Below, piece after piece: positions 1 through 11,246 of a DNA stretch of 64,000 nt; positions within the stretch are counted from its first letter, which is position 1, and each line of letters opens with the position of its first letter. Made by a program: the position numbers and the translations under genes. The notes below the pieces were generated by a model. The model was given only the letters and a program-made list of their open reading frames with translations. It did no database searches and had not been told where the DNA came from. This stretch comes from Octopus sinensis (taxonomy: Eukaryota), in the NCBI RefSeq assembly GCF_006345805.1, contig NC_042998.1:142662001-142726000 (forward strand), written 5' to 3'.

Positions 1-1315
1 AAGAGAAAATAAAGAAAGAATACTATAGACGAGTTAGATCAATACTAAAAACAGAGCTCAATGCTAAAAACAAGATAATAGGTATTAACACTTTAGCCGT
101 CCCAGTTATAAGTTACAGCTACAATATCCTTAACTGGACACTAAATGAACTAAACAAAATAGACAGGAAAACAAGAAAAATAATGACAGGATCTAGGATG
201 CACCACCCAAAATCTGACATAGAAAGGCTAGATATACAACGTATAGAAGGTGGTAGAGGCATTATACAGCTGGAAAACTATTATAAAATAACCACCATAG
301 GACTGCAAAAATACCTACTTCAGAAGAGCAAGGAAAACTGATACAAATAGCCACAAAACACGAGCAAAAAACAACTGTTTTCAGCATTTAAGGAAGCTGA
401 CAAATACAAACAAGAAATCATACTACCTAACAAATATGAAGAAGAAGAAGAAGAAGAAGAAGAAGAAGAAGAAGAAGAAGAAGAAGAAGAAGAAGAAGAA
501 GAAACAAAAGCTATAAAACAAATGAAATCCAAACTAAAACTAGAACATCAACAGACCATGATAAAACGATGGCAAGAAAAGCCCCTTCATGGCAAATACT
601 GGACTAAACTAAATGCAAAAGAAATAGACAGAGAAAAATCCCAGCAATGGTTGAGAAGCTCAGGACTCAAAGCCGAGCCGGAGGGATTTTTAATAGCAGC
701 ACAAAACCAAAGCCTCCCCACCAGAAATTACCAAAAATATATAATGAAAAGAAACATAGCAAGTAACTGCAGAATATGTGGAGATGGACAAGAAACAATA
801 AACCATATTATCTCTGGCTACCCAGTCCTGGTTAAAAAGGAATATATTTAGAGACACGACAGAGTTGGGACCTACATACACTGGAAGCTATGCCAACACT
901 ATGGAATAACAACAGAAAAAAGATGGTATGGCACACGCCAGAAAAGGTCACAGAAAATGTGAAAGCAACCATACACTGCATTATGCCAATACACACAGAT
1001 AGAGAAATTGAGGCCAATAGGCCAGATATAATTGTCAGAGATCATGAAGAAAAAAATGCTTTCTAATTGATGTATCAATACCAGCAGATGACAACGTTTC
1101 TCTAAAAGAAATGGAGAAACTTTCAAAATACAAAGACCTGGAAATAGAGGTAAATCAAATGTGGAATCTAAAAACAGAAACAATTCCTATCATAGTAGGC
1201 GCATTAGGTATGATAAAAAAAATATTCAGACAAATACATAACAAAATTACCAGGACTTACAAATATATATAACATACAGAAAATTGCACTACTGGGCACA
1301 GCACACATCCTACTC
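1..1315 (+). mobile_element. R4/Dong/Rex6-like non-LTR retrotransposon, 3' part of ORF (RT thumb, CCHC knuckle, restriction-like endonuclease), frameshifted
   Basis: Manual translation from base 3 gives EKIKKEYYRRVRSILKTELNAKNKIIGINTLAVPVISYS...MHHPKSDIERLDIQRIEGGRG. ORF 522-851 has LHGKY...WLRSSGLKAEPEGFLIAAQNQSLPTRNY and CRICG..ETINHIISG. Downstream motifs are NRPDI, KYKDLEIEV and IPIIVGALG. Several stops and frameshifts are present. Confidence 0.9.
438..503 (+). repeat. (GAA)n microsatellite inside the LINE ORF (poly-Glu)
   Basis: About 22 perfect GAA units, in frame with the flanking LINE peptide (PNKY-EEE...E-TKAIKQMKSKLK). Confidence 0.9.
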
Positions 1316-1586
1316 AAAGACATGTACTTTACATAAAGATACTTTCGAAATACTTCCGAAGTGCAGATTCCAGGGTAGGTGAGTAAAATATAAATGAGTA
1401 ACAAAGATGTATGAGTATCAGTTTATTGTAATTACTCATGTAATTACTCATGGTAATTACTCATTTATATTTTATATAAATTTTACATAAATGATATATA
1501 AGATTCAGTTGAATTAGGCACTTAAATTGAGGTACCAAGCCAGTTCGCTATATTCCAAGCAGCTCGAAGTTAGGTGAATAAAAAGC

Positions 1587-1728
1587 AAGTAAATAACAAG
1601 GATGTCCAGGTATCAGTGTATTACGGCCGTTTCAAGCGGCTCCATTTAATCCATTTTCATTGATCGATTAAGTGGAGCTGCTTGAAACGGTGTAATGCAC
1701 TGATACGTGAACTTCCTTGTTACTTATT
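1587..1728. repeat. Imperfect fold-back palindrome (~60-bp arms) ending in (TA)n
   Basis: AACAAGG...GTATCAGTGTATTAC..CCGTTTCAAGCGGCTCCATTTAATC is the near reverse complement of GATTAAGTGGAGCTGCTTGAAACGG.GTAATGCACTGATAC...CCTTGTT. Confidence 0.85.
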
Positions 1729-1734
1729 TTCTTT

Positions 1735-1810
<76 letters not shown>

Positions 1811-2067
1811 AATAGTAAAAAGTGAAAAAACTACAGAAGGCTTGTTTTAAAAGGTTAAAAAATATATATTTGAGTCAATATGTCTGAAGGAGGTTATAAA
1901 TTTTTTTCATACAATGACATAGTATAGAAGAAATACAGGTTTCGCGTTCAGCTTTTCAAATTTCTTGAGAAATTTGAAAAGCTGAACGCGAAACCTGTAT
2001 TGACTCAAATATATATTTTTTAACCTTTTAAAACAAGCCTTCTGTAGTTTTTTCACTTTCTACTATT
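1811..2067. repeat. Nested palindrome between (TA)n tracts
   Basis: Outer arms 1811-1880 and 1998-2067 (70 bp, one mismatch seen). Inner perfect hairpin 1932-1965 / 1968-2001 (34-bp arms, 2-nt loop). Confidence 0.9.
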
Positions 2068-2110
2068 TTCTATATATTCAACCACATGCTTTCACATACC
2101 AACTTTCTTA

Positions 2111-2156
<46 letters not shown>

Positions 2157-2187
2157 GGGTAGAGAAATTAGAGACAACATTTTTCAT

Positions 2188-2580
2188 ATAAAATTAGTGC
2201 ACATTCATACACAAAAGAGGTGACCCTAACAGGACACCTTACATGCTAAAAGGAACAGTCAAATTCAAAACCACGGTCAAGAATAATTTCGAAGGGGTTT
2301 TGCAAGGAACATGTCGCAAAGGAACAAATAAGATAATTTGTTATCCGTGTTCTTCAGCAAATGCACTAATAATTAATGTATAATTATGGGACAAATAGAG
2401 AGCACATGTCTCACCTTTATACATTATAAGGTTTCAAATCCACCACATTGAAAATGTTTTTATTTTTCATCCCCTTTGAAATTCCTCTTAACCGTCGTTT
2501 GGACTTTGACTGTTCATTTTAGCATGTAAGGTGTCCTGTTAGGATCACCTCTGTTGTGTATGAATGTGCACTAATTTTAT
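2188..2580. mobile_element. Non-coding element with ~110-bp inverted terminal arms within (TA)n (MITE-like or inverted Penelope-like fragment)
   Basis: ATAAAATTAGTGCACATTCATACACAA..GAGGTGA.CCTAACAGGACACCTTACATGCTAAAA (2188-2297) pairs with 2471-2580. Confidence 0.8.
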
Positions 2581-2775
2581 ATATATATATATATATTTAT
2601 GTGTGTGTCTCTGTGTTTGCCCCACCACCACCACCACCATCGCTTGACAACCGATGTTGGTGTGTTTATGTCCCCGTAACTTAGCAGTTAGGTAAAAGAC
2701 GCCGATAGAATAAGTACTAGGCTTACAAAGAATATGTCCTGGGGTCGATTATATAAAAGAATATATATATTCTCC

Positions 2776-3180
2776 AGGCGCAGGAGTGGCTGTGTGGTAA
2801 GTAGCTTGCTAACCAGCCACATGGTTCCGGGTTCAGTCCCACTGCGTGGCATCTTGGGCAAGTGTCTTCTGCTATTGCCCCGGGCCGACCAATGCCTTGT
2901 GAGTGGATTTGGTAGACGGAAACTGAAAGAAGCCTGTCGTATATATGTATATATATATATGTATATGTTTGTGTGTCTGTGTTTGTCCCCCTAGCATTGC
3001 TTGACGACCGATGCTGGTGTGTTTACGTCCCCGTCACTTAGCGGTTCGGCAAAAGAGACCGATAGAACAAGTACTGGGCTTACAAAGAATAAGTCCCGGG
3101 GTCGAATTGCTCGACTAAAGGCGGTGCTCCAGCATGGCCGCAGTCAAATGACTGAAACAAGTAAAAGAGTAAAGAGAGAG
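2776..3180 (+). mobile_element. tRNA-derived SINE, family A (most abundant family in the window), near full length
   Basis: Head GGCGCAGGAGTGGCTGTGTGGTAAG (A box-like), B-box-like GGTTCAGTCCC, central GGGCAAGTGTCTTC, internal (TA/TG)n, tail GACTGAAACAAGTAAAAGA. Many copies elsewhere in the window. Confidence 0.9.
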
Positions 3181-3214
3181 TATATATTCTTTTATTCTTT
3201 TACTTGTTTCAGTC

Positions 3215-4098
3215 ATATTCTTTATTTAAGTGAGACATGGACCACTTACAAGCGTCATATAAAAATGCTGGAGAGATTTCATCAAAAGTGCCTCAGACGT
3301 ATCTTAGGAGTCAAGTGGGAATGTTTCACAGAGGTTTTGCGCATGCCACGTTGTAGCTCAATTGGACAAGATGTTATCTTGGCTCAAATGAGATGGACTG
3401 GACATGTTATTAGAGTGATAAACAAGCGTTTGCCAAAGCATTTTTTTTTATGGTGAGCTCAATTCTCGTTAGCTGCCACAACATAAGCCGAGGAAAAGAT
3501 ATAAAGACTGTGTGAAGGAAAACCTGAAGAAAATAGATATGAACAAAAGTGATTGGGAAAATGATGTTCTAGATCGGAACAAGTGGAGAGGTGCTGTTAG
3601 GACTGGTTACAATGCCTGGGAGGAAAAGATGATTCAGCATTCTGAACTTAAAAGAGCTTGTCACAAAGGAACAATTAGAACTGTAATCAACAATGAACAT
3701 TGGATATGTATTATATGCGGCCGTGTCCTGTTATCAAAAGCAGGATACGCGAACCATATGAAGTCACATGAAAATCATAATGCCCAGATATGTAATGATC
3801 TTGTACACCAACCGCCTCTTACGACTTGTGTCGTATGTGAAAAAACTTGTAAGACAATATTTGGACTTTAGAGATATATGCAAGTTCACAAAAAACATAC
3901 TTCAGAATCAGATTCCAAAGGGCATGTATATAGAAGAAATTTGAATAATATCTGTCACTTGTCAGTCTGCAGATAGTATTAAAAGTCATCTAAGGGCTTA
4001 TCAACGGAACAATTGTGTTGTGTGGTGGGGTGGTGTGTGTGTATGTGTTGATGGGACGGTTATCTCTCAAGATGAAGCAATCATCATCATAATCATCA
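3215..4098 (+). mobile_element. RTE-clade LINE 3' fragment with C-terminal C2H2 zinc fingers and (CAT)n tail
   Basis: LYLSETWTTYKRHIKMLERFHQKCLRRILGVKW...MRWTGHVIR...RLPK; RKRYKDCVKENLK...DRNKWR; CIICGRVLLSKAGYANHMKSH; ends in ATCATCATCAT. Confidence 0.85.
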
Positions 4099-4160
4099 TA
4101 TATATGTACCTCAAGGCGGTGCCCCAGCATGGCCGCAGTCTAATGACAAACAAGTAATAG

Positions 4161-4218
<58 letters not shown>

Positions 4219-4327
4219 TGTATGTATGTATGTATGTATGTATAAATATGCATGTATATTTGTGCTTATATTATTCTATGTATGTATATGTTTACTTATA
4301 TCTAAAATCTGTACCTTATAGATACAG

Positions 4328-4396
<69 letters not shown>

Positions 4397-4909
4397 AAAG
4401 AAAATAGAGATAATTAAATTAAATATGCATAATTACAAAATTAGGTATCATCTCTGACACTGTTTCGATTCAAGACATTTGAAATTAATTAGTATAATTA
4501 AAAGCATTTTAAAGTTGAATCCCACCAGAGGTGGAAAAAGAATAACCCTTACATTTTCATATTATTGTGTGTTGTGTGTAGGGAGCAAATCCACTAACTG
4601 ATAAATTTTTTACTTCATAGAACGCTGTTTGAAAATTTTAACCATTGGATTTTTTTTATTTTCATTTTTCATTTGATCAATTCAGTATAGATTTTTAGGG
4701 GTGTTAGCCTCTCTTATATTACGAATATGTACGTATATTAAGTAGAGATAATATAGATAAAAATATATATATAAACCCCAGTTTATCCAATTATCTTATA
4801 GCTGAATATTAACTGTAATATTCAATATTTTTTGTAATAGGTAATAAACCAGTATATTCAATGGATTTTATTATCCCTTAATGAGGTTTTTAACCTTTAA
4901 TTGGACTTT

Positions 4910-4951
<42 letters not shown>

Positions 4952-5713
4952 TGACGATGGTAATATTGTTTTCATCATGCCAACAGAGTGTCTATGAGGT
5001 ATCGTGCTAGCTTTATTGGACCTGAAATTTTGCAGAGGAATTGCTATTTTGCATGGGCATTCATGCTTAATTTAATCTTTACACTTTTAACAGTGATTAC
5101 GCACGCGGGCGCACGCACATACACATACACACACACATACAAATACACACACATGCGTGCCTGAGCGCGTGTGAATAGAAATGCCATGTATGTATAAAAG
5201 AATGATAAATGTAGATATACGGAGAGCCAGAAAAATGAATGCACAAATAGAATGCAACAAGTAAATACACTGATATATAAACATACATATATATACACAC
5301 ACATGCACAATGATACACGTATATATACAAACATAAGTGTTTGTATGTATATATGTATGCATGCATGTCTGCTAAATTGTACGAATGGTAGGAAGGATGA
5401 AATAAATGCCTAAGTGATAGAAAAAAGGAAGTACTGCTCAAGTGTTTGTGACAGTGAATTAAGTAGTTTGGTGAACGAAGTTAATGTGGTGGTGGTGGTG
5501 TCATTGGTGTTAGTGTTGTTGTTCTTGTTGTTGGTGGTGGTGGCGGCGGCGGCGGTGGTGGTGATGGTGGTGGCGGCGGCGGCGGTGGTGGTGGTGATGG
5601 TGGTGCAGATGACTTCCCCCAAAAGGAACGAATCAAAAAACGTCACAGCAATAAATACTTCCGGTATCACGTATAACAAGACAAAAAAAAACCCCTACTT
5701 TTAGAGTATCTCG

Positions 5714-5752
<39 letters not shown>

Positions 5753-6571
5753 CTTAGGAAAAGAGACCTTATGCTGTTGAGAGCGCTTATTGATGAATAG
5801 GAAAATAATTAGGAGAAAGAAGATAGAGAGGGAAAAAAGAGAGAAAAAGAAAAAGGGAAAATAAGAAGCATTAAGATAGGGGAGAGGGAAAATTCTACAA
5901 GTGTTACATATATTCACGTTCAGTCATATGCGTGTCTGTGTATGTATGTGTGTGTGTGTACGTATAAATGTACGCATGTATGTATTTATTTGCGTGTACA
6001 TATTTGTGTATCTATGTATGCTCACTGGTATGCATCTACACATATATGCAAATGCATCTGTAAGTGCAGGCATGTGCTTCAATGTGTATGTGGATCTATC
6101 ACAATCATACTGAACTTCATGAATGTTTTACATATTTTGACAATGCCTGTGACAACTTGTAGCTGCAATGTTTTCATTAGGCGTGCCGTGTTCTTTTGTA
6201 AGTAGCAGCTTCTCAAGACAGGTGCAAAGCCTGTTATTCACGTATTCAAATGCTCCAATAATTATTGGTATAAATTTAAAATTGTAGGGGTAACTGTCGT
6301 TTAGTCCTCAGATCGGCATCTATATTTTCTTTTTCAGTAATATTTAACATTAGAGTGTTACCCGGCAACTTTGGAAGTATACTTTTGCCACCGTGGTAAT
6401 AATTTGTAAATCTGACATCTCCTAAATAATTATAACTTCTTTTCTTATCAAATTTCTTTGTGCTTATACAAAAATGATGAATTGAATTCTAATTTTGAAA
6501 AGAAAAATATTTATTACCTTAAAATTAATTAAAACTAAATATATATCTCATTTGTGCATTTGCAATAAATA

Positions 6572-7812
6572 CAGGTGTCTCCCAAAAATATATACACATT
6601 TTAAAAACTGAGAACTCAAATTTCATTTTTTTTTAAAAATTCAACCCATTTTAGATAATGAAGGGAACCAGACTAAGCTTTGAACAAAAAAAAAATGCTA
6701 ACGTGGTACTAGAAGTTTGAAAACACATTCGAAGTGCAAAGGCAGTTTAAAAGTGGATTTCAAAAAGATTCACCAACGCGACTCCATCACTCGAATTAGA
6801 GATAAGTTTGAAGCAGATAAAACTTCAGAGTAGTCCATAAGAAACGTCCCGAAAGATTTCGGGCATCGACGAGTCCCACGAAACATGAAAGGGTAGTAAA
6901 ATGTATTGCCAGAGTTCAGGAAAACTCGTGGAACAAGCGAGTCTTGGGCTAGGGATTTCAAAATCAAGCGTCCACCGCATTTTGAAGTGTTGTTCTTTGG
7001 AAAAGTTACATTCCAAGAATAGTCTATGCTGTCAGTGAAGATGATCCAGGCCGAAGAGTAGAGTTTTGAGTGTGGTACTTGACAAGAGGTACAGAAAAGG
7101 CACCCTTTCCAGCAAATATTGTTTGGCATTATGAGGCTCCAATTAAATTACGTGGCTTAATTAACCGCCACAATTGCACTTATTGGGAACCTGAGAATCG
7201 GCGAATTATGGAAGAACATCGTATTAATTTACTAGGAGTTATAGCGTGGTGTGGTTTATCACAAAAATGTTAATTAGATCACTCTTTTTTTAGGTCCTAT
7301 TTATTTGAACTTGCGGCGACAATCTGTCATGCCAAGCATTCATGAGAACTTTGAAGATGTAGATTTTTATCGCCATCAAGGTAGTCCCTCCCCCTACACA
7401 CACACACTACCACACTAATGTAAGAATCTACTTTGACGAGATTTTACCAAACGGGTGGATTGAAAGAAGAGGCTCTGTAGAACATCATCTGCGATCACTG
7501 GATTTCATACCACTAGACTTACTTTTTGGGGGATACTTACAAGATAAAATTTTGCACAAAACCAGCTATAGTCACCGAACTGAAGGCAGCCATTGAACGA
7601 AAATGAGCAAAAAACCGACCGAAAATGTTTTTTGATGTTTGCAATTCCATTACTTCGCGTTATCAGTAGTGCTTGGACCAGAACGGTCATCAGTTTGAAA
7701 ACAAGCATTCACAAAAAGTCAAATTCTCTCTGTAGATTCTATTAAATTTCGAAAATGAAATCGATTTTAATAAACTCTGACTTTATATTCATTCAGTTTT
7801 GTGGGGACACCT
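6572..7812 (+). mobile_element. Tc1/mariner superfamily transposon (rosa/DD41D-like), degenerate
   Basis: TIRs CAGGTGTCTCCCAAAA / TTTTGTGGGGACACCT after TA. Peptides IVWHYEAPIKLRGLINRHNCTYW..ENRR..VIAWCGLS, and a decayed 'SPDLTPLDFFLWG'-like motif near 7490-7535. Confidence 0.8.
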
Positions 7813-7883
7813 TATGCGTGCGCGCGTGTGCGTGTGCGTGTGTAAAGATAGATAGGTAAAGATATTTTATATATATATATATA

Positions 7884-8195
7884 TCACCGTGATCACCGTG
7901 ACCGACCAGGCTATCAGATATTGCTACACATCGCTGGTCACAATGCACTTCGCATTGTTTTAGCCTTCAAATGATGCCACCCCGCTGGCTAAGCGAGCAG
8001 GCCAACAGAAGAAAGAGTGAGAGAAAGTTGTGGCGAAAGAGTACAGCAGGGATCACCACCATCCCCTGCCGGAGCCTCGTGGAGCTTTAGGTGTTTTCGC
8101 TCAATAAACACTCACAACGCCCGGTCTGGGAATCGAAACCGCGATCCTACGACCGTGAATCCGCTGTCCCAACCACTGGGCCATTGCGCCTCCAC
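7884..8195 (-). mobile_element. tRNA(Arg-like)-derived SINE, family C
   Basis: Minus-strand head GTGGAGGCGCAATGGCCCAGTGGTT...GGTTTCGATTCCCAGACCGGG with A/B boxes. Homologous copies at ~48855-49048 (-) and 54148-54335 (+). Confidence 0.85.
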
Positions 8196-8239
8196 ACACA
8201 CAAACACACACACACACACACACACACAAATATATATAC

Positions 8240-8645
8240 TCTTTTACTCTTTTACTTGTTTCAGTCATTTGACTGCGGCCATGCTGGAGCACCACCTTTA
8301 GTCGAGCAAATCGACCCCGGGACTTATTCTTTGTAAGCCCAGTACTTATTCTATCGGTTTCTTTTGCCGAACCGCTAAGTGACGGGGACGTAAACACACC
8401 AGCATCGGTTGTCAAGCAATGCTAGGGGGACAAACACAGACACACAAACATATACACACACACTTATACACATATATACATATATACGACAGGCTTCTTT
8501 CAGTTTCCGTCTACCAAATCCACTCACAAGGCATTGGTCGGCCCGGGGCTATAGCAGAAGACACTTGCCCAAGATGCCACGCAGTGGGACTGAACCCGGA
8601 ACCATGTGGTTGGTTAGCAAGCTACTTACCACACAGCCACTCCTG
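8240..8645 (-). mobile_element. SINE family A
   Basis: Reverse complement nearly identical to 2776-3180. Confidence 0.9.
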
Positions 8646-9059
8646 TATATATACATATACATACATACATACATACATACATACATACATACATACATAC
8701 ATACATTTATACATAAAAATATGCAAACATGTCAAGCGGTTGTAGTTGAGCATAGGAAGGAAAGGAGGTATCTCAAATGGTGCTTGAAAAATGAAAATGT
8801 CCCCCTTTCACTGCATTGTACCATTATATACTATGAGCCGTGTTATTGAAGACGTCGATGAGTCAAACATAGCTGAGCTCCTGACTCATTATGGCCATGA
8901 GTTGCCCCAATCCAACATTGATATCCCTCTAAATATTTATGCCATTAGTCATAAGACATATCTCAAAATAAGGTCAGATTGGATAATAAGATTTTTTAAG
9001 TGACGAAATCATCATACAGGACTATAATGGAACGTTGAATTTCGTGATAGTGTGTCAGC

Positions 9060-9240
9060 CATATTTGTTGTTATTGTTGTTGGCCTTTCTTGTTGCTATT
9101 ACTGTGTTGCTGCTGCTGTTGTCGACGTTGTTGTTATCGTCATTATTATAGCTGATGTTGTTGATGTTGTTGTTGTCGTCGTTGCCGTTGTCTTCATCGT
9201 TATAGTAGTTGTTTTTGCTGCTGCTGCTGCTGTGGTTGAT
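9060..9240. repeat. Degenerate (GTT/GCT)n trinucleotide low-complexity tract
   Basis: Runs of GTT, GCT and GTC triplets. Confidence 0.8.
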
Positions 9241-9322
9241 TCTGAAGAATGTATGGAAAACAGGTGAGAAAGCAATAAACACATTTACCCTTTCTGTTGA
9301 AATTATCTTGTTTTGTTTTACT

Positions 9323-9782
9323 ATTTTACTTGTTTCAGTCATTTGACGGTGGCCATGCTGGAGCACCGCCTTTAGTCGAGCAAATCGACCCCATGACTTA
9401 TTCTTTGTAAGCCTAGTACTTATTCTATCGGTCTCTTTTGCCGAAACGCTAAGTTACGGGGTCGTAAACACACCAGCATCGGATGTCAAACGATGTTGGG
9501 AGGACAAACACAGACACACAAACACACACAAACACGCACACATACACACACACACACACACACAACACACACACACACACACACACACATATATTTATAT
9601 ATATATATATATATATATGACGGACTTCTTTCAGTTTCCGTCTACCAAATCCACTCACAAGGCTTTGGTCGGCCCGAGTCTATAGTAGAAGACACTTGCC
9701 CAAGGTGCCACGCAGTGGGACTGAACCCGGAACCATGTGGTTTGTAAGCAAGCTACTTACCACACAGCCACTCCTACGCCTG
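9323..9782 (-). mobile_element. SINE family A with expanded internal (CA)n/(TA)n
   Basis: Same head, core and tail as 8240-8645. Confidence 0.9.
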
Positions 9783-10425
9783 TTTTAATCAATTTTAAAA
9801 ATAATGAAGAACTTAGTAAAATAACATTCATTATAAACTGGTGATTAGACCATTAACATCAAATTTTGATGGAAGGTTTTAATTTAGATCACTTAAACCC
9901 TTTTATTACCATATTTCTATTGAAACATACTAGCTTTGATTCGATTAAATTTGAAAATAACCTCCGCCGAGGTCGACTTTGCCTTTCATCCTTTCGGGCT
10001 CGATAAAATAAGTACCAGTTGAACACTGGGGTCGATGTAAGTGTCTCATCACCACCTCCCTCGAGCTGCCCTTGTAGCAAAAATTTGAAATAATTTGAAA
10101 TAACAAAGCATTTAGTAAAATAATTTTGTCACTAGTAAGTTCGTGTGCGGAAAATAAATTAACATGAAATTTTGGTGGAAGATTTTAATTTAGAAAACTT
10201 TAACCCTTTTGTTACCGTAACTCTGTTGAAATACAGTGCTTTTGTTTCAATTAATTTAGAAAATAATAAAGAATTTAGTAAAAGAACTTTGTCGCTATTA
10301 AGCTGAAATCTGGAACATATTTTAACTTGGAAATTTGATTGCGGGTTTTAATTGGGATCAGTTTTAAAACAAGAAGTTTTATAATAGAACTAAGGGGCAG
10401 TCTCAAACGGACCGGTATCGAAAGA
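9783..10425 (+). mobile_element. Tandem units of a piggyBac-like MITE (TTAA-CCC start), interrupted by a SINE-B fragment at ~9960-10090
   Basis: Units restart at TTAAACCCTTTTATTACC (~9893) and TTAACCCTTTTGTTACC (~10199). The block AATAA.GAA...TTAGTAAAA...AATTT..TGGAAG.TTTTAATTTAGA recurs three times. Confidence 0.55.
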
Positions 10426-11215
10426 AATTATCATGATGTGTGTGTTAGTGTGTGTGTGTGCGTTTGGGGGTGGGGAAGGTCCTTCTGATGCAGATGTGTT
10501 GGGATAATTAAACTGATGCATAAACGTAAAACATGTGTCAGCGTTCTAGCTATTGATTTGTGTCAGTTTAAGTTAAATATCGAAGTATGCTGCAAAATAC
10601 AGTCAGCCCCAAAGCCCCCGACATACGTACACAAACGCTACACATACGAACCGATACACACACACACACGAAACCTCCAACACGTATAACCAAGTATTAC
10701 ACACGCGCGCTTGCGCATGAACCGCCCTACACACATATTACACGCGTTTGCTTACACAGATACACTCGCGCGCGCATACACACGTACATACGGAGGAACT
10801 CCCTCATACACGTACGCTCACACAACTGAACCTCCCTACACAAACACGAACCGACGCACACATGTTACACACACACACACACACACACACAAATCTAACC
10901 AGAGCACACTTTACTTTTCCTCCTTTCAGAGGAGGAGGAATAAAATAAAATACCAGTGAAATACTGGGGTTAATTTGATTGACTAACTCTACTCCTTCTT
11001 ATCAAAACTGCAGGTATGATTGTTAAGGCAAGTATTTGCTCTGGATCTTTATGTTCAGAATTCAGGTTCCACTGAGGTCAACTTTACCTTTCATCTTTTC
11101 AGGGTTAATAAAATTATCTGTGAAACAAGTATTGGGGCTAGATGTATTAATAAACCTACTCCTCTCAGTATTGCAGGCCTTGAATACGCATACACGTGCG
11201 CACACACATAGGAAC

Positions 11216-11246
<31 letters not shown>

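Noticed and set aside
5044-6205. Many overlapping ORFs rich in YI/CV/HT or poly-V/A/T (also at 19278-19927, 24727-25304, 26102-26839, 45250-46371, 47164-48303, 57550-58575)
   Set aside because: These are translations of stop-free microsatellites, not genes.
8791-9003. ORF with IEDVDESNIAELLTHYGHEL, reminiscent of a Tigger/pogo transposase C-terminus
   Set aside because: The match is too short and there are no TIRs or DDE motif nearby; it cannot be supported without a search.
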